From: Octopus vulgaris
Lineage: Eukaryota
Direction: 5' to 3'
DNA length: 64,000 nt
Assembly (NCBI GenBank): GCA_951406725.2
Contig: OX597825.1
Coordinates: forward strand, 83,328,001-83,392,000
Below, piece after piece: positions 25,850 to 38,945 of this stretch. A program made the translations under genes and the position numbers. The stretch's first letter is position 1. Every line of letters starts with the position of its first letter. The notes below the pieces were generated by a model. That model saw only the letters and a program-made list of their open reading frames with translations, made no database searches and had not been told where the DNA came from.

Positions 25850-26035
25850 ACACACACACCCACACACATATATATATATACATATTTACGACGGGCTTCT
25901 TTCAGTTTCCGCCTACCAAATCCACTCACAAAGCTTTGGTCGGCCCGAGGCTATAGTAGAAGACACTTGCCCATGTTGCCACGCAGAGGGAAAGAACCTG
26001 GAATCATGTTGTTGGTAAGCAAGCTACATACCACA
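25850..26035 (-). mobile_element. SINE family B, 5' half
   Basis: acgacgggcttctttcagtttccg...tagtagaagacacttgccca. Confidence 0.88.
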
Positions 26036-26275
26036 CATCCATATACACGCATATATATTCTTTTTATATAAATATACATACACACATGCACATACACATG
26101 CTACACACAAACACACATTGCATTTGCCAAACTCACACAGCCGTGATTTTGGTCCCAGAAACTCGTGACGGGAGATCGAAGTTCTTAACTTCACAAACAT
26201 GTTTACCGCTATATTTTCAATATATACAATTTTAGAACAGATCTTTTATTAAGATTTCAGTCGGTATAAATATAT

Positions 26276-26506
26276 ATTTCTTTACTACCCACAAGGGGCT
26301 AAACACAGAGAGGACAAATAAGGACAGACAAACGGATTAAGTCCAGTATATTGACCCCAGTGCGTCACTGGTACTTAATTTATCGACCCCGTAAGGATGA
26401 AAGGCGAAGTCGACCTCGGCGGAATTTGGACTCAGAACGCAGCGGCGGACGAAATACCACAAAGCATTTCGCCCGGCGTGCTAACGTTTCTGCCAGCTCG
26501 CCGCCC
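26276..26506 (-). mobile_element. SINE family A, full length
   Basis: TSD agtcggtata (26259-26268 / 26508-26517). Confidence 0.94.
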
Positions 26507-26517
26507 AAGTCGGTATA

Positions 26518-26938
26518 CTCTCTTTTACTCTTTTAGTCTTTTACTTGTTTCAGTCATTTGACTGCGGCCATGCTGGAGCACCGCCTTTAGTCGAGCAAAT
26601 CGACCCCGAGACTTATTCTTTGTAAGCCCAGTACTTATTCTATCGGTTTCTTTTGCCGACCCGCGAAGTGACGGGGACGTAAACACACCAGCATCGGTTG
26701 TCAAGCAATGCTAGGGGGACAAACACAGACACACAAACATATACACACACACTTATATATATATACATATATACGACAGGGTTCTTTCAGTTTCCGTCTA
26801 CCAAATCCACTCACAAGGCTTTGGTCGGCCCGAAGCTATAGTAGAAGACACTTGCCCAAGGTGCCACGCAGTCGGACTGAACCCGGAACCATGTGGTTGG
26901 TTAGCAAGCTACTTACCACACAGCCACTCCTGCGCCTA
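26518..26938 (-). mobile_element. SINE family B, full length, little decayed
   Basis: Complete head taggcgcaggagtggctgtgtggtaag to tail (taaaagag)n. Confidence 0.95.
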
Positions 26939-28349
26939 TAAATATATTCACGTATAAATGGAGTCGTATTAATTCTTTCTTTGTGTGTTTTTAAAGGTGT
27001 TTATTTGACTATTTATCACTGTTCTGACTTAAATGTTGCATTGATAGTAAAGTGTTAAAAACACTCTTACGAAACTGTTGTGACTATTGAAAAATTAATT
27101 GGGTGTGAAAATGCGTGTTGCTAACAGCATTCAATGTTTATAAATTAAAAGATTACCCGCATTGCAGATAATGTTTAGAAACTCGTATCTTCTTCTTTCA
27201 CCAATTCCTAAGGTATCATTGAACGTGATACACCAGATGGCCTACCAGTCTTTATCTATAAAATAAATCTAACACCATGTATATAACTAACATCTTATTA
27301 TTTTTGCATCATAAACAAATGTCTAAGGCATAAATCCGAGATCCAGCCATAAATCTTGTGAAAGCAGGGAATTGCCAGAAATCTATGAATTTGATTCTTG
27401 GTGAAGTTTCTTAGCACGTATCAAATTCCTTCAGAAATTAGAAATTATTTAACTTAAGCTCACCCACTTCCTTCACACGTTAACTAAACATTAGATTTAT
27501 AGACCAGTAAATAACTATATTTGTTCTGTTCTTATTTTATATTTGTTTTTCCTGCTTTATTGAAAAACCAAAAAAAGAAAAAAAAAAACAGAAACAGCGA
27601 ATTTTGATCCGAATTTTGATCTGAAGATTTTTCCCGAAGATTAGCAGTTATTGTTCTCCAAAGTAAGTAATGCATATTGACATCTGACTATGTTATTTCA
27701 AATGATTCTATATTATTATGTGTGATTCCGTTGCATGAAAGAAGAAAAATTCCCCGCTGTGAGAGTGAACAACTAGTTCGATGCTGGTTATACTCATACC
27801 AGACAGCTACTTTGCACGGACAAGGATCCGAACCGTCAACTACTTTAAATTGGGTTATTGTTGTGAAGGGATGACTAAAATATTTATAGACCTGACGTGT
27901 AACATTTATGGGAAATTAATAAAGTGTCTGTGAGTGAATCATAAATTTGTTGAAGAGGTGAAATTACCTATATATTTTAACAGTCAGATGGGAAATCCCA
28001 AATTTTGGTGTCTGAACAGTAGATCCATATACGTGGAACCCAGAAATCTTTTTCACCCCTGAAACCAGCCGAGGCGATGTCGTCTGATAGGTTTCAAGGG
28101 GGATAGACGTCTATATTTACGAATGCCACCGCTGCAGCTGAGCGATCTTCGCCTGCTGATGATATATTTTGTGTTTTTAACAATATACATCTATAAAAGA
28201 TGCTATCTACAGAGTGATATTGCAGTTTCGTTGGTTTTCAACGATATATTTGCTTTAAATATGTTGGTAAAATTTTGCTTCTCAACAAAACAGTTCCGGG
28301 TTCAGTCTCTCTCTCAGTGTATGGCACCTTCAGCACGTATTTTCAGATG

Positions 28350-28501
28350 TAGCTGTGTGGTAAGTAGCTTGCTTACCAACCACATGGTTCGGGTTCCGTC
28401 CGACTGCGTGGCATCTTGGGCAAGTGTCTTCTCCTACAGCCTCGAGCCGACCAAAGCCTCGTGAGTAGAATTGGTAGACAGAAACTGAAAGAAGCTCGTC
28501 G

Positions 28502-28533
<32 letters not shown>

Positions 28534-28747
28534 CGTGTGTGTGTGTGTGTGTGTGTCTGTGTTTGTCCCCACAACATCGCTTCACAAACGATGCTGGTGT
28601 GTTTAAGTCCCTGTAGCTTAGCGGTTGCGCAAAAGACAACTGATTAAAAGAGTACCAGGTTTTATGAAAGTTGGTACAAAAGTCAATTCGATAAACAAAT
28701 TCCAGACAGTGTTCCAGTAAAATCGCCGTTCAATGAACGGAAAAAGT
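28350..28747 (+). mobile_element. SINE family B
   Basis: Head, CORE-like block, internal microsatellite and degenerate tail; a partial extra head lies at ~28262-28331. Confidence 0.9.
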
Positions 28748-28753
28748 AAAATA

Positions 28754-28800
<47 letters not shown>

Positions 28801-29001
28801 GGAAGTAAGGACAAACAAAAAAAAAACAACTACCATAAGCCTTGGAAGAATTAACATGATAGAACTTACGACAATGCCTGACAATTGAGAACGACAAGTG
28901 CAGAAGATATACAAGATTCTCATACTACAAATATACTCTAGATTCTTTCCAATGTACGTTAGGAAACTACTCAAGGAATGAAGTTGTTTACAAAAAAAAG
29001 G

Positions 29002-29044
29002 TAGAATTGGAGATTATAAGCAATCACTGTTCCAATGTATATGA

Positions 29045-29131
<87 letters not shown>

Positions 29132-29261
29132 CATATATGTATATATCAAAATATATAAGTCTCATATATTTTATTTTCCGTCTTTCATTTGACACATATA
29201 TATATATATATTCATGTATATTTGAACATTGAACAGTGATTGCTTATAATCTCCAATTCTA
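29002..29261. repeat. 31-bp perfect inverted repeat with a microsatellite-filled spacer
   Basis: tagaattggagattataagcaatcactgttc (29002-29032) / gaacagtgattgcttataatctccaattcta (29231-29261). Confidence 0.9.
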
Positions 29262-29268
29262 TATATGT

Positions 29269-29324
<56 letters not shown>

Positions 29325-29904
29325 TCTGATGCGATTTCAGTAAAGAAGGTAAATGCGGTTAAAACGTTATATTATGTTAAGTGCTCTACAAGATATTACA
29401 TTAAAATAATATTTTAATACTATTTTAAGCTCCGATCAAGCCATAATACGTTATCGAATTCACAGCTACACATAATAAAGAACTGTGCATAGATATACAT
29501 GCGAAAACATTCGGTTTAAACGCCAAAGAAATTTTATGTGAATTCAAATGTAAGTAATTGAATAATAAATATTACACAGGACGTGAATACACTTCTAAAA
29601 AATTTGATATCTGCAGCACTATCAATATAAACAAATTATTTCATCCTAACACGACTTAAGTCTAACACGTTGAACTTTAGGTACAAACACGATATGTATA
29701 TAAACACCTATAAATCTATAGATATACATTTGTGCTTGTCTGTAAGTAGCTTGCATACCAACCACATAGTTCCGGTTTTGCTCGGTTTTAAAGTTGTAGC
29801 GATTACGGCGGTCTGTTACTAAATGCCTCAATTAATATAGTAGATATTCATTAGACATTGAATATTGCTGATAGCATGGAGAAACAAAGTGAAAAATGAA
29901 GAAG

Positions 29905-30200
29905 TGATGACCCGGGCTGAAGTAAATAAGAAGGTACTTCGTCTGATATAAACCTAGCAACTGAAATTTCCTGGTGATGTGTTGAAAAAAGAGGGCCTGG
30001 CGAATTTAGCAATGGTCAGAAAGAATGAAGGGAATAAAAGCAGCAGGAAAAGGATGATGTGGATTGGTTGGAAGAAAGTGACTTTAAACATCAGGAAGTG
30101 GAAGTATTACAGGAAATAAAGAACAGAGAATTTAGGTGGTCAGAGAATTTAGGTGATCACATGATCACCAATGTCCTACATTCTGAATACAGCACCTGAA
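29905..30200 (+). mobile_element. RTE-clade LINE 3' end relic
   Basis: Decayed translation ...QLKFPGDVLKKEGLANLAMVRKNEGNKSSRKR...EVLQEIKNRE..W..MITNVL...ST*, matching RTE C-terminal QLxFLGHVxRKEGLENLxxxGKIEGKRxRGR. Confidence 0.72.
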
Positions 30201-30618
30201 AAATAGATGACGTTCTTTGAAGAGTCCCACAGAAACAAAAATATACTGAGGAAGGATCTATTAGCGAGGGCCGAATGGTCCTGGAATGCATTCATGTCTG
30301 CGGTCGGAGCATGGAGGTTATTGCAACAGCTACCAGTTTTGTTGAATCGTGTATTAAGGGGAAAATATGATTTTTAAATTAGTTGTAGCTGACCTCTTTG
30401 CGTTTTCGTTGTCTTGCGATATATATATATATATAAGGTTGACCAAAAATTCACCTGGCGGTAAATCGAGGCCTTTTAATTCCAAGATTTATTTATGTTT
30501 AACAACCGAATGAATTTAATAAAAACATCTAAAAAAACATCTAAATATGAAACATCATGAAAATTACATTATTTACATTATTTACATTTGATGGATATTT
30601 GTCATCTTGTTTGTTGTA

Positions 30619-30664
30619 AACACAACGATTCGGCTGATATACTCTCCAGCCTTCATCAGGTGTC
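30619..30664 (-). ncRNA. Minimal hammerhead ribozyme motif (inverted copy)
   Basis: Minus: gacac CTGATGA a ggctg-gagagtatat-cagcc GAATC GTT gtgtt. Stems I and II intact; GAAA changed to GAAT. Confidence 0.72.
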
Positions 30665-30758
30665 TTTGGGAAATTTCGAATGCACACGGGCATATGGCTT
30701 AGGGGTTAAGAGCACGCGCTACTAACCTCAAAATTCCGAGTTCGATTCCAGGCAGTGA

Positions 30759-30857
<99 letters not shown>

Positions 30858-30932
30858 CAACAACAACAACAACAGCAACAACAACATCGAAAAATACCTT
30901 AGGAATGAGAAGTCGGTTCGAAATTTCCGCAA

Positions 30933-30979
30933 GACACCTGATGAACGTTGGAGGGTATATTCAGCCGAAACGTTATGGT
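30933..30979 (+). ncRNA. Minimal hammerhead ribozyme motif (sense copy)
   Basis: gacac CTGATGA a cgttg-gagggtatatt-cagcc GAAAC GTT atggt. Core intact, palindromic AACGTT; stems partly mutated. Confidence 0.72.
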
Positions 30980-31153
30980 AATAACAAATAAGATGAGGAC
31001 AAATATCCGTCAAATATAAATAATGTACAGAATTCCTCATCTCTTAAATATAGAACTGTATCATAAAAATTGTTCGAACCTAAGTCCTTCTTGACTGACA
31101 CATTTTCCCATTCAAGTCAATACAGAATTACAGACTGTATTTATATATCTATA

Positions 31154-31378
31154 GGCGGCAAGCTGGCAGAAACGTTAGCACGCCGGGCGAAATGCTTAGT
31201 GGTATTTCGTCCGCCGCTGCGTTCTGAGTTCAAATTCTGCCGAGGTCGACTTTGTCTTTCATCCTTTTCAGTGTCGATAAATTAAACACCAGTTACGCAC
31301 TGGGGTCGATATAATCGACTTAATCCGTTTTCTGTCCATGTTTGTCCTCTCTGTGTTTAGCCCCTTGAAGGTAGTAAT
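31154..31378 (+). mobile_element. SINE family A, full length
   Basis: 15-bp TSD tatttatatatctat (31138-31152 / 31380-31394). Confidence 0.94.
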
Positions 31379-31570
31379 ATATTTATATATCTATCCTGCC
31401 ATCTTAAATTATTTTTCATGATATATCAGTTCCTGATATACAAAGCAGACTGGATTGTTACAACCAGAAAACCATTAAATCTTATCACCATTGATAATTA
31501 GGGACTAAACAACACCAGCAACAGTAAAAAAGAAAACAGTGGCCGCAGCAACCACAACAGAAGCAGCAGT

Positions 31571-31935
31571 GGAGGCGCAATGGCCCAATGGTTACGGCAG
31601 CGGACTCGCAGTCGGAGGATCACGGTTTCGATTCCCAGACTGGGCGTTGTGTGTGTTTAATGAGCGAAAATACCCAAAGCTCTACGAGGCTTCGGCAGGG
31701 GGTGGTGGCGACCCCTGTTGTACGCTTTCGCCCCAACTTTCTCTCACTCTTTCTTCCTATTTCTTGTCCCCGACTTCCTACGCAACTGCTGAGCCTACAT
31801 GCGCATTCATCCATCCGCCGATGCTCTCGGTGTCGGGGGTTGACCTGCATTCTCTTCTGCAGGTCTTACGAATAGCAAAGAACCACGTTTCGCACTACAG
31901 AGGCGCGATCTTGCGATCTCTCGGACGAAGACCGC
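31571..31935 (+). mobile_element. SINE family C (tRNA-Arg-like head), within a (CAA/CAG)n array
   Basis: ggaggcgcaatggcccaatggtta.ggcagcggactcgcagtc...ggtttcgattccc; body shared with the 12478 and 10463 copies. Confidence 0.85.
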
Positions 31936-33318
31936 TGCGCTCAACAGCAACAGCAGCAACAGCAACAACAACAGCTACAACAGCAACACAACAGTGACAA
32001 CGATGACAGCAACAACAACAACAACGACAGCAAAAGACAAACACAGCAAACAACATAAACCTTGTTATTGTTGAACACTTTAGCCTAATTATTTTCATAA
32101 CTAATCGAAGTTGGTGATTTATTGATTATTTTCTTCGTTACTGTTTTAATTAATTCAAAATATTATATCGGCATCTTCACTCTCACCGCCCTTTCCTCCC
32201 CCTTCAACGCTTTTCCAGTCATATTATACAGCCTTTATATCTGACAACAAATTTATAAACTAAACACCGGAAGCTGCTAATCTTCCATTGAGAACAAATT
32301 GCTTTGTTCTTACACTCTTTACTAATGAATATCTACCATATTCATTAATCATTTTGTTGTTAGATAAATTCAATACGTGTTTTATATCGAGATTAGTTTA
32401 TGGCAGTGATAAGGTTTAATCAATATTGTTATTCATTGCCGTGCTTGATGTTGTTGTTATCGTTGTTGTTGTTGTTACTGCTATAACAGCGATTATTGCT
32501 GTTGTTGCTGATGATGTTATGGCTTAGTCCTACTTCATATCGAATCGCGTAGATAAACCTCTATAATTTATTTAAGCAATGGCGTAGCTGGGAAGTGTGC
32601 CACTGAAGCAGCCGTTGAATTTGCTGCCGACCTGCCACACTCCACCCCTATCGGATCTATGCATTCCAGTTGTAAAAACCTTATCTTTTTTTACTTTTGT
32701 TTCATAGAATATACCCGAGTACATCACCTACCGTAACCTTCAGTTTTCAAAACGCTACCATATAAATTGAGGGAAGTTTGGTTCTTATGTCTAACAGTTT
32801 TGTGATGCAGGTCGCTTGAGCCATAGAATCTTCGGAAATGAGTTTCTTCTTCTTAGAGTTTTGCCAAGAACATCTCTTATCCACCAAATTTATTATGAAG
32901 CGTCTTGAAACCCTACCTGTCCGGATCGGTTTTACTCCAAAATTTAGCAAAGCCAATATACCAAGTATATCCTTCGTTTTTTTTTTAAGGATGTTTTGTG
33001 TGATACCAAGCCAATTAGACTGCTATTTCTAAAGGTTTGAACGACCAAGTAGAGAGAGGGGGACAGACAGACAGAACCACTATAAAGTAATTCAATAAAT
33101 AATGAAAGATATTATCTTAATAAAATATAAATTTAAATATATTAATATTGTACTAAAAAATTCTATACTAAATAATACACATTAAAACGACATTATTATT
33201 ATTGTATTAACAATTTCTATACTATATAATATTCATTAAAAAAATACACATTTATATATACATATACAAGTGTGTTATCAGTCATATGGAATAGTACATC
33301 GTATGATGCTTAAGTTTG

Positions 33319-33508
33319 GAAATAGGTATTTCGCCTGTCGTTACGTTCTGAGTTCAAATTTCGCCGAGTTCGACTTTTCCTTTCATCCTTTCGGGGTCGA
33401 TAAATAAAGTACCAGTTTCGCACTGCGGTTGATGTAATCTACTAAATACCTTTGTCTGTCCTTGTTTGTCCCCTCTATGTTTAGCCCCTTGTGGGTAATA
33501 AAGAAACA
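33319..33508 (+). mobile_element. SINE family A headless unit starting at a tail-body junction
   Basis: gaaata|ggtatttcgcctgtcgttacgttctgag...gggtaataaagaaa. Confidence 0.9.
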
Positions 33509-35253
33509 ATTATAAAATATGTCGGGCAATTCTAAGACTATTTTTTTCTCTGACGGTATGGAGGGGAGGTAATAACGTGGCTGTTGAACGTATTATTGGT
33601 TACAGAAAAATGCTTAAGAAGCACAGTTTTATAGTATCAGATTCGCCGTCATTTTTCTTCTGAAATCCAGTGATTAAAGTGAAAACGATAAGGCATGTTG
33701 CCTGGTTCGTTATCATTTCTAGATATCTAAGTGGCTGCTGACGTATGCGTTTCATAATTAAATGTGAACAGTACAAATATTTAGAGACGAAATGAGAGAA
33801 GAAGAAGGAGTCAGTAGCGGGGAGAAAAAGGGCGGAAAAAAGACCAAAATTAGAGAATTTAGATTAAAAGACATCAATGTTATTTTCATATTGCGTGTTG
33901 AGAAGGAAACATGGATATGACTTGCTAGAAATAGCACAGAAATCTTTCTCGCAGAGCATAATTCTGGTAGCAGAATGATAAAAGGTATTTTATATAAGGT
34001 AATCTAACCTAAATTTTGCGTGGAATGAACGATTGAATGGTCACGGCTCTGACGCATCTGACTGATGCCTATTCAAGCAGGATGAAGGATTTACACACAC
34101 ACATACAAACACACACACACACACACACAATATATATATATATATATATATATAGATATATATATTTGTGTATGTATGTATATATATATATATATATATG
34201 GGTGCATGTATAGATGACTGTCTTTGTAAATGCCTAGAATGCGTACACCGCAACTCAATCGTGATGCGAAGTGCTTTAATAGGCTTAAAAATGATCTCAG
34301 ATCAAGTTCCTTGCCAAATAATCTATAACCAGCAAATGTGAATATAAAACAAATGCGCCATTAACTCTGTTCATACCGACTCACTGAGAACATCCGACAT
34401 CTATGATACCAACTGATCGAAATTAAAACCTCTCATGAAATATGTTCAATTATGTTAACACAGATATTTTACTAAATCCTTCATTATATTCAATATTAAT
34501 TAAACCGAAGGCAGTGGATTTGGAATGGAACCATTGTCACCAAAGGGTTATGAAAACTGAAGTAGTATTTGGATAGTTTAGTTTTATCACATTAATCACG
34601 TGAGCGCCGTACCTCCTTTTATTGGTCGGCTCATCTTTCATGATTTTCAATAATGATATCGCATATTGATATATTCGGAATAGTTATAATTACTTTGAGT
34701 GTGATAGCCATCATTATCCACGTGGTTGAAAAGTGTCAGAAAATTTGGAGCCTATAGATAGATAAAAATCAATTGAACGAAATTATATTATTGATTTTGT
34801 TTGACTAGATAATGACTAAAAGTTTCATATTAAATAAAGCAACAGAAATGGAGAGAAATATTATAGGCGATAGAGTCGACACCAATAGATGTATGTTTAC
34901 AGTAAGTCAAATGAAACTCCGACACAATTGAAATTCAAAAATTAAGCAACGATATCGCAGACAGAAAATGGCGTAGGATGTCTCTTTCATTAGCAGACGT
35001 TTTTGATATTCCGCTAAAATAGGTTGTATTATGTTAAGTTCACATTCTTGTTCAGGTAGATTGTGCCATGTATGGATAGATTGTCCCATATCTCTATTTG
35101 AGGTTTTAGTTGTGAATAGCGGAGTTACAGCATTACCATAATGAACTGGTTCCTGGAGGTACCGTCTCACATTGGTATACACATGCATAAACTCATGCAC
35201 ACACATATACAGTGTATTTGTGTGAATGTGCATGTATGTTTGTACACATATCA

Positions 35254-35289
<36 letters not shown>

Positions 35290-35348
35290 ATATATATACA
35301 TATATATCGATATCTTTAGCTATATCTATCTATCTGTCTACTTACCCA

Positions 35349-35737
35349 TTGGGTCATCCCATAAATAATGCGGATTTTTATACTTGTTTTATTTTTCAAA
35401 ATTAAGATAAACAAGTTTCTTTTTTTAATCTAAAATATACTCTTCTTCATTTTTTACAAATACCTCTTCTATCTATTTGGTAGACTTGCAAGGCCCCTCC
35501 TCCATAATTCACTTGTCGCAGACGAAAATACTCTTCCAGTACTGTTCTGATCTCGTGTATATAATTCATATTTTTTTGCCGTCCAAAGGATTTTGAAGAC
35601 TGGGGAATAAATGCTAATCAGATGGTGCAATGTCAGGCGAATATGGTAGGTGGGGCATCATTTCACATTCAAACTGCTCCAGCCTTTGGAATGTCATCCT
35701 TGCTGTATGTGGCCGAGCATTATTTTGATGGAAGAAC
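35349..35737 (-). mobile_element. Mariner transposase C-terminal relic with TIR
   Basis: Minus: FFHQNNARPHTARMTFQRLEQFECEMMPHLPYSPDIAPSD*HLFPSLQNPLDGK...GLASLPNR*...NEEEYILD* (DNARPH and YSPDxAPSD motifs); TIR ttgggtcatcccataaataatgcgg. Confidence 0.93.
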
Positions 35738-36739
35738 ATATTATGATTTAGGATTTAGGATTTATAATTTATACTGCTTTATGCTTTTGTTTCTCTCAAT
35801 GTGTTGTGTAAATAGATAAGTGACATAATCTAAAATCCCAACACACACACACACACACACATACACACATACATGTACACACACTCATACACTTTTGCAC
35901 GTGTGTGTGTATGTGTGATGCCTCTGTATGTATATATTAACGCCATCCGCATTGCAAACGCGTTCACCTCTACACACTATCCCACAATACGTCCTTGATA
36001 CTTTTAATCATACATACAATACAATACACACACACACGCGCGCGCGCGCACATACATATGCACACACACGCACACATACGCACTCAAGCACATACGCACG
36101 TACACACTATCACACATAACGGCCTTGATATTTTTAATTATACATACAATACAATACATACACACACACTCAAGCACACACGTACTCAAGCACACACGTA
36201 TACACAAACACTTCTACATCAAACAGCAAAGCAACAGTCCTAAGCCGAAGTGAAAAATTGATGAAAACCCGTGCAGGTAATTTCTGAAAAACATTCCGTC
36301 TGCTAAGACAAATCTAAGAAAACTGCTAAGTATACAGAACAACAAAGAGCAGCAGTTTTGAAGCTCATAAGAGCGGAGAAATGAAAAGGAATTAAATTTA
36401 TATTATTTATGAAGTTTTCTTATGAACTAATAGTTTTTCTTGTCAAACGAAATACTGGCAACAATGGCGTTTAATGAGCTGGTGTAATTAAGCTGAGGAT
36501 TAGCTGTACAATATGGCGACGTTAAAGAAATGCGAGTTTGCAACCGTTAAAAAGGCAAACAGAGTGGTATCTGAAAATATACATCTACTGATGTACATAC
36601 AAGCGCTCACACATATGCATACGCATATATATACGCAGACACGTACACGCACACATATATACGTGTGTGTGCGTGTGTGTGTGTGTATACATATATATAC
36701 ATAAATTTGTGTATATATACATATATATATATATATATT

Positions 36740-36801
36740 AAAGGCGGTGCTCCAGCATGGCCGCAGTCAAATGACTGAAATAAGTAAAAGAGTAAAAGAG
36801 T
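36740..36801 (+). mobile_element. Solo SINE family B 3' tail
   Basis: aaaggcggtgctccagcatggccgcagtcaaatgactgaaataagtaaaagagtaaaagag in (TA)n. Confidence 0.88.
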
Positions 36802-36826
36802 ATATATATATATATATATATATATG

Positions 36827-36882
<56 letters not shown>

Positions 36883-36954
36883 TATGAATTGTTTACATCA
36901 TAATTCTTTCTGTGGAAAGGTGTATTTCGGAACAGATGGTGTTATAAATGATGG

Positions 36955-37084
36955 CAATGCGTAACTGGTATTAATTTAATCGACCCCGAAAGGAGAAAAG
37001 TCAAAGTCGACCTCGGCGGAATTTGAACTCAGAATGTAACGGCATTTTGCCCGGAGTGCTAAAGTTTCTGCCGGATCGCCCCCC
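36955..37084 (-). mobile_element. SINE family A fragment
   Basis: gcgtaactggta...tcgaccccgaaagga...gtcgacctcggcggaatttgaactc. Confidence 0.85.
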
Positions 37085-37341
37085 TAATGACACGAAATAT
37101 TGGAAGAACTTGCAGCGTTATATATATATATACATATATATATATATACATATGGTTATGCTGGGGCACCACCGTAATATATATATACGTATATATGTAT
37201 ATGCATATGTATGTAATTATATATACATGTGTTAGTGTGTGTATGTACGTATGTATATATAGACATATACACACACATGTATTTACGTATATAAATACAT
37301 ATACACAGTCACATGTTTGTGTGTCAGCATGTGTATGTCTG

Positions 37342-37373
<32 letters not shown>

Positions 37374-37430
37374 GTACACACACAGAGTGAGAATGATGGA
37401 TAGATAGATAGATAAATAGGTAGATAGATC

Positions 37431-37499
<69 letters not shown>

Positions 37500-38054
37500 C
37501 CGTATCAAACAAATAGCATTATCTTGTAGTATATCAGTGGCTCCCAAACCTTTTCGCTCCATTTAACCCAGGCAAGTTTTTAACAGAAATTTCTCCCAAA
37601 ATATTCCCACGCTCTCTATCTCCCCCTCACTCTCTCTCGCTTTTGCTCATTTAATTTTAAACTTAATTTCTTTAACGAATGAATGTAGAATTGAGATAAT
37701 TTTAATCGTTTTTTATATTTTATTTTATTTCCAATTCCAGCACCAATAACAAAAGTGCATATAGCTGAGCCATTTCACCCGAAGTAATGAGAGACGCATC
37801 CCAATATCTGTCTTCGTTTTCTCATTGAAATTATTCCATTCTCAAAATAGTAATTACAATATAAATATAGTCTATAGATCGTTAAAAATTAAATGGCTGA
37901 ATGAAATATAAATTAGTATATTGGCACTGAAATAGCACAACTTATATTTTGGTCGCAGTTTGATATTTTCTAAAAGTACATATGTAGAATATGAACAAAA
38001 TTTAGGACTGAGAGATTATCTCCCCTGGCTGATTGAAATTCTGAAAACTGATAG

Positions 38055-38100
<46 letters not shown>

Positions 38101-38240
38101 AAAGAGAAAGAAAGAGAGAGAGAGCAAGAAGAAAATGGAGGGGATCAATAGGTGGTACTCATCAACTTTTAGACATTATATTATGTCAATTTATTTATAT
38201 ACACAAACATATGTCTCTCTCTCGCTCTCTCTCTATATAT

Positions 38241-38384
<144 letters not shown>

Positions 38385-38729
38385 CTATGGCGGGAAATAT
38401 ATATATAATTCTGTCGTGTGATATATGTAAATTATAGTACCGTTATATCTATAAGTATATACTTCACTCTAAATCTGTATTAAGTATATTTTGATGACTG
38501 TAAATTATCGTAGATTATGTGTGTGTGTGTGTCGTAAAATATGATTTCCAACTAGATATGGCGGTTCCATAGGGGACGATGCTATTGTTGTTTTTAGCCA
38601 CAGGAAAACATCTCCTCCAGCTGGCTCACGACACACTGTCTGTGTCCGATTAGTATTTGTGAGAGGAAATCCTCGTTCCCATTTCTAGCCTTACGTGATA
38701 CACTCAAACCCGGCTTTCTGGGTAGTAAC

Positions 38730-38945
38730 TCGAGCTGGCAGAATAGTTAGCACGCCAGGTGAAATGCTTAGCAGTATTTCGTCTGCCGCTACGTTCTGAG
38801 TTCAAATTCCACCGAGGTCGACTTTGCCTTTCATCCTCACGCGATCGATAAAATAAGTACCAGTTACGCACTGGGGTCAATGTAATCGATTAGTCCCCAT
38901 CCCCCAAAATTTTCAAGACCTTGTTGCCTAGAGTAGAAATAATTA
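38730..38945 (+). mobile_element. SINE family A (alternative tail)
   Basis: cgagctggcagaatagttagcacgcc...gcctagagtagaaat. Confidence 0.92.

Larger units (their letters stand above)
30574..31060 (+). mobile_element. Composite element: inverted tail copy + tRNA-like Pol III head + (AAT)n(AAC)n + hammerhead-bearing tail
   Basis: Arms 30574-30680 and 30917-31027 are reverse complements (~85% by eye). Head 30688-30762 has A box tggcttagggg and B box gagttcgattcc. About 32 bp of extension lies beyond the right arm. Confidence 0.85.

Noticed and set aside
30688-30762. Functional tRNA gene
   Set aside because: A and B boxes are present but the cloverleaf pairs poorly and there is no T-run terminator; treated as a SINE head. 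The same applies to the heads at 12478 and 31571.
37536-37562. hAT-like terminus cagtggctcccaaacctttt (similar isolated termini at ~32578, ~52473 and ~62943)
   Set aside because: Single short matches without a confident opposite end or TSD.
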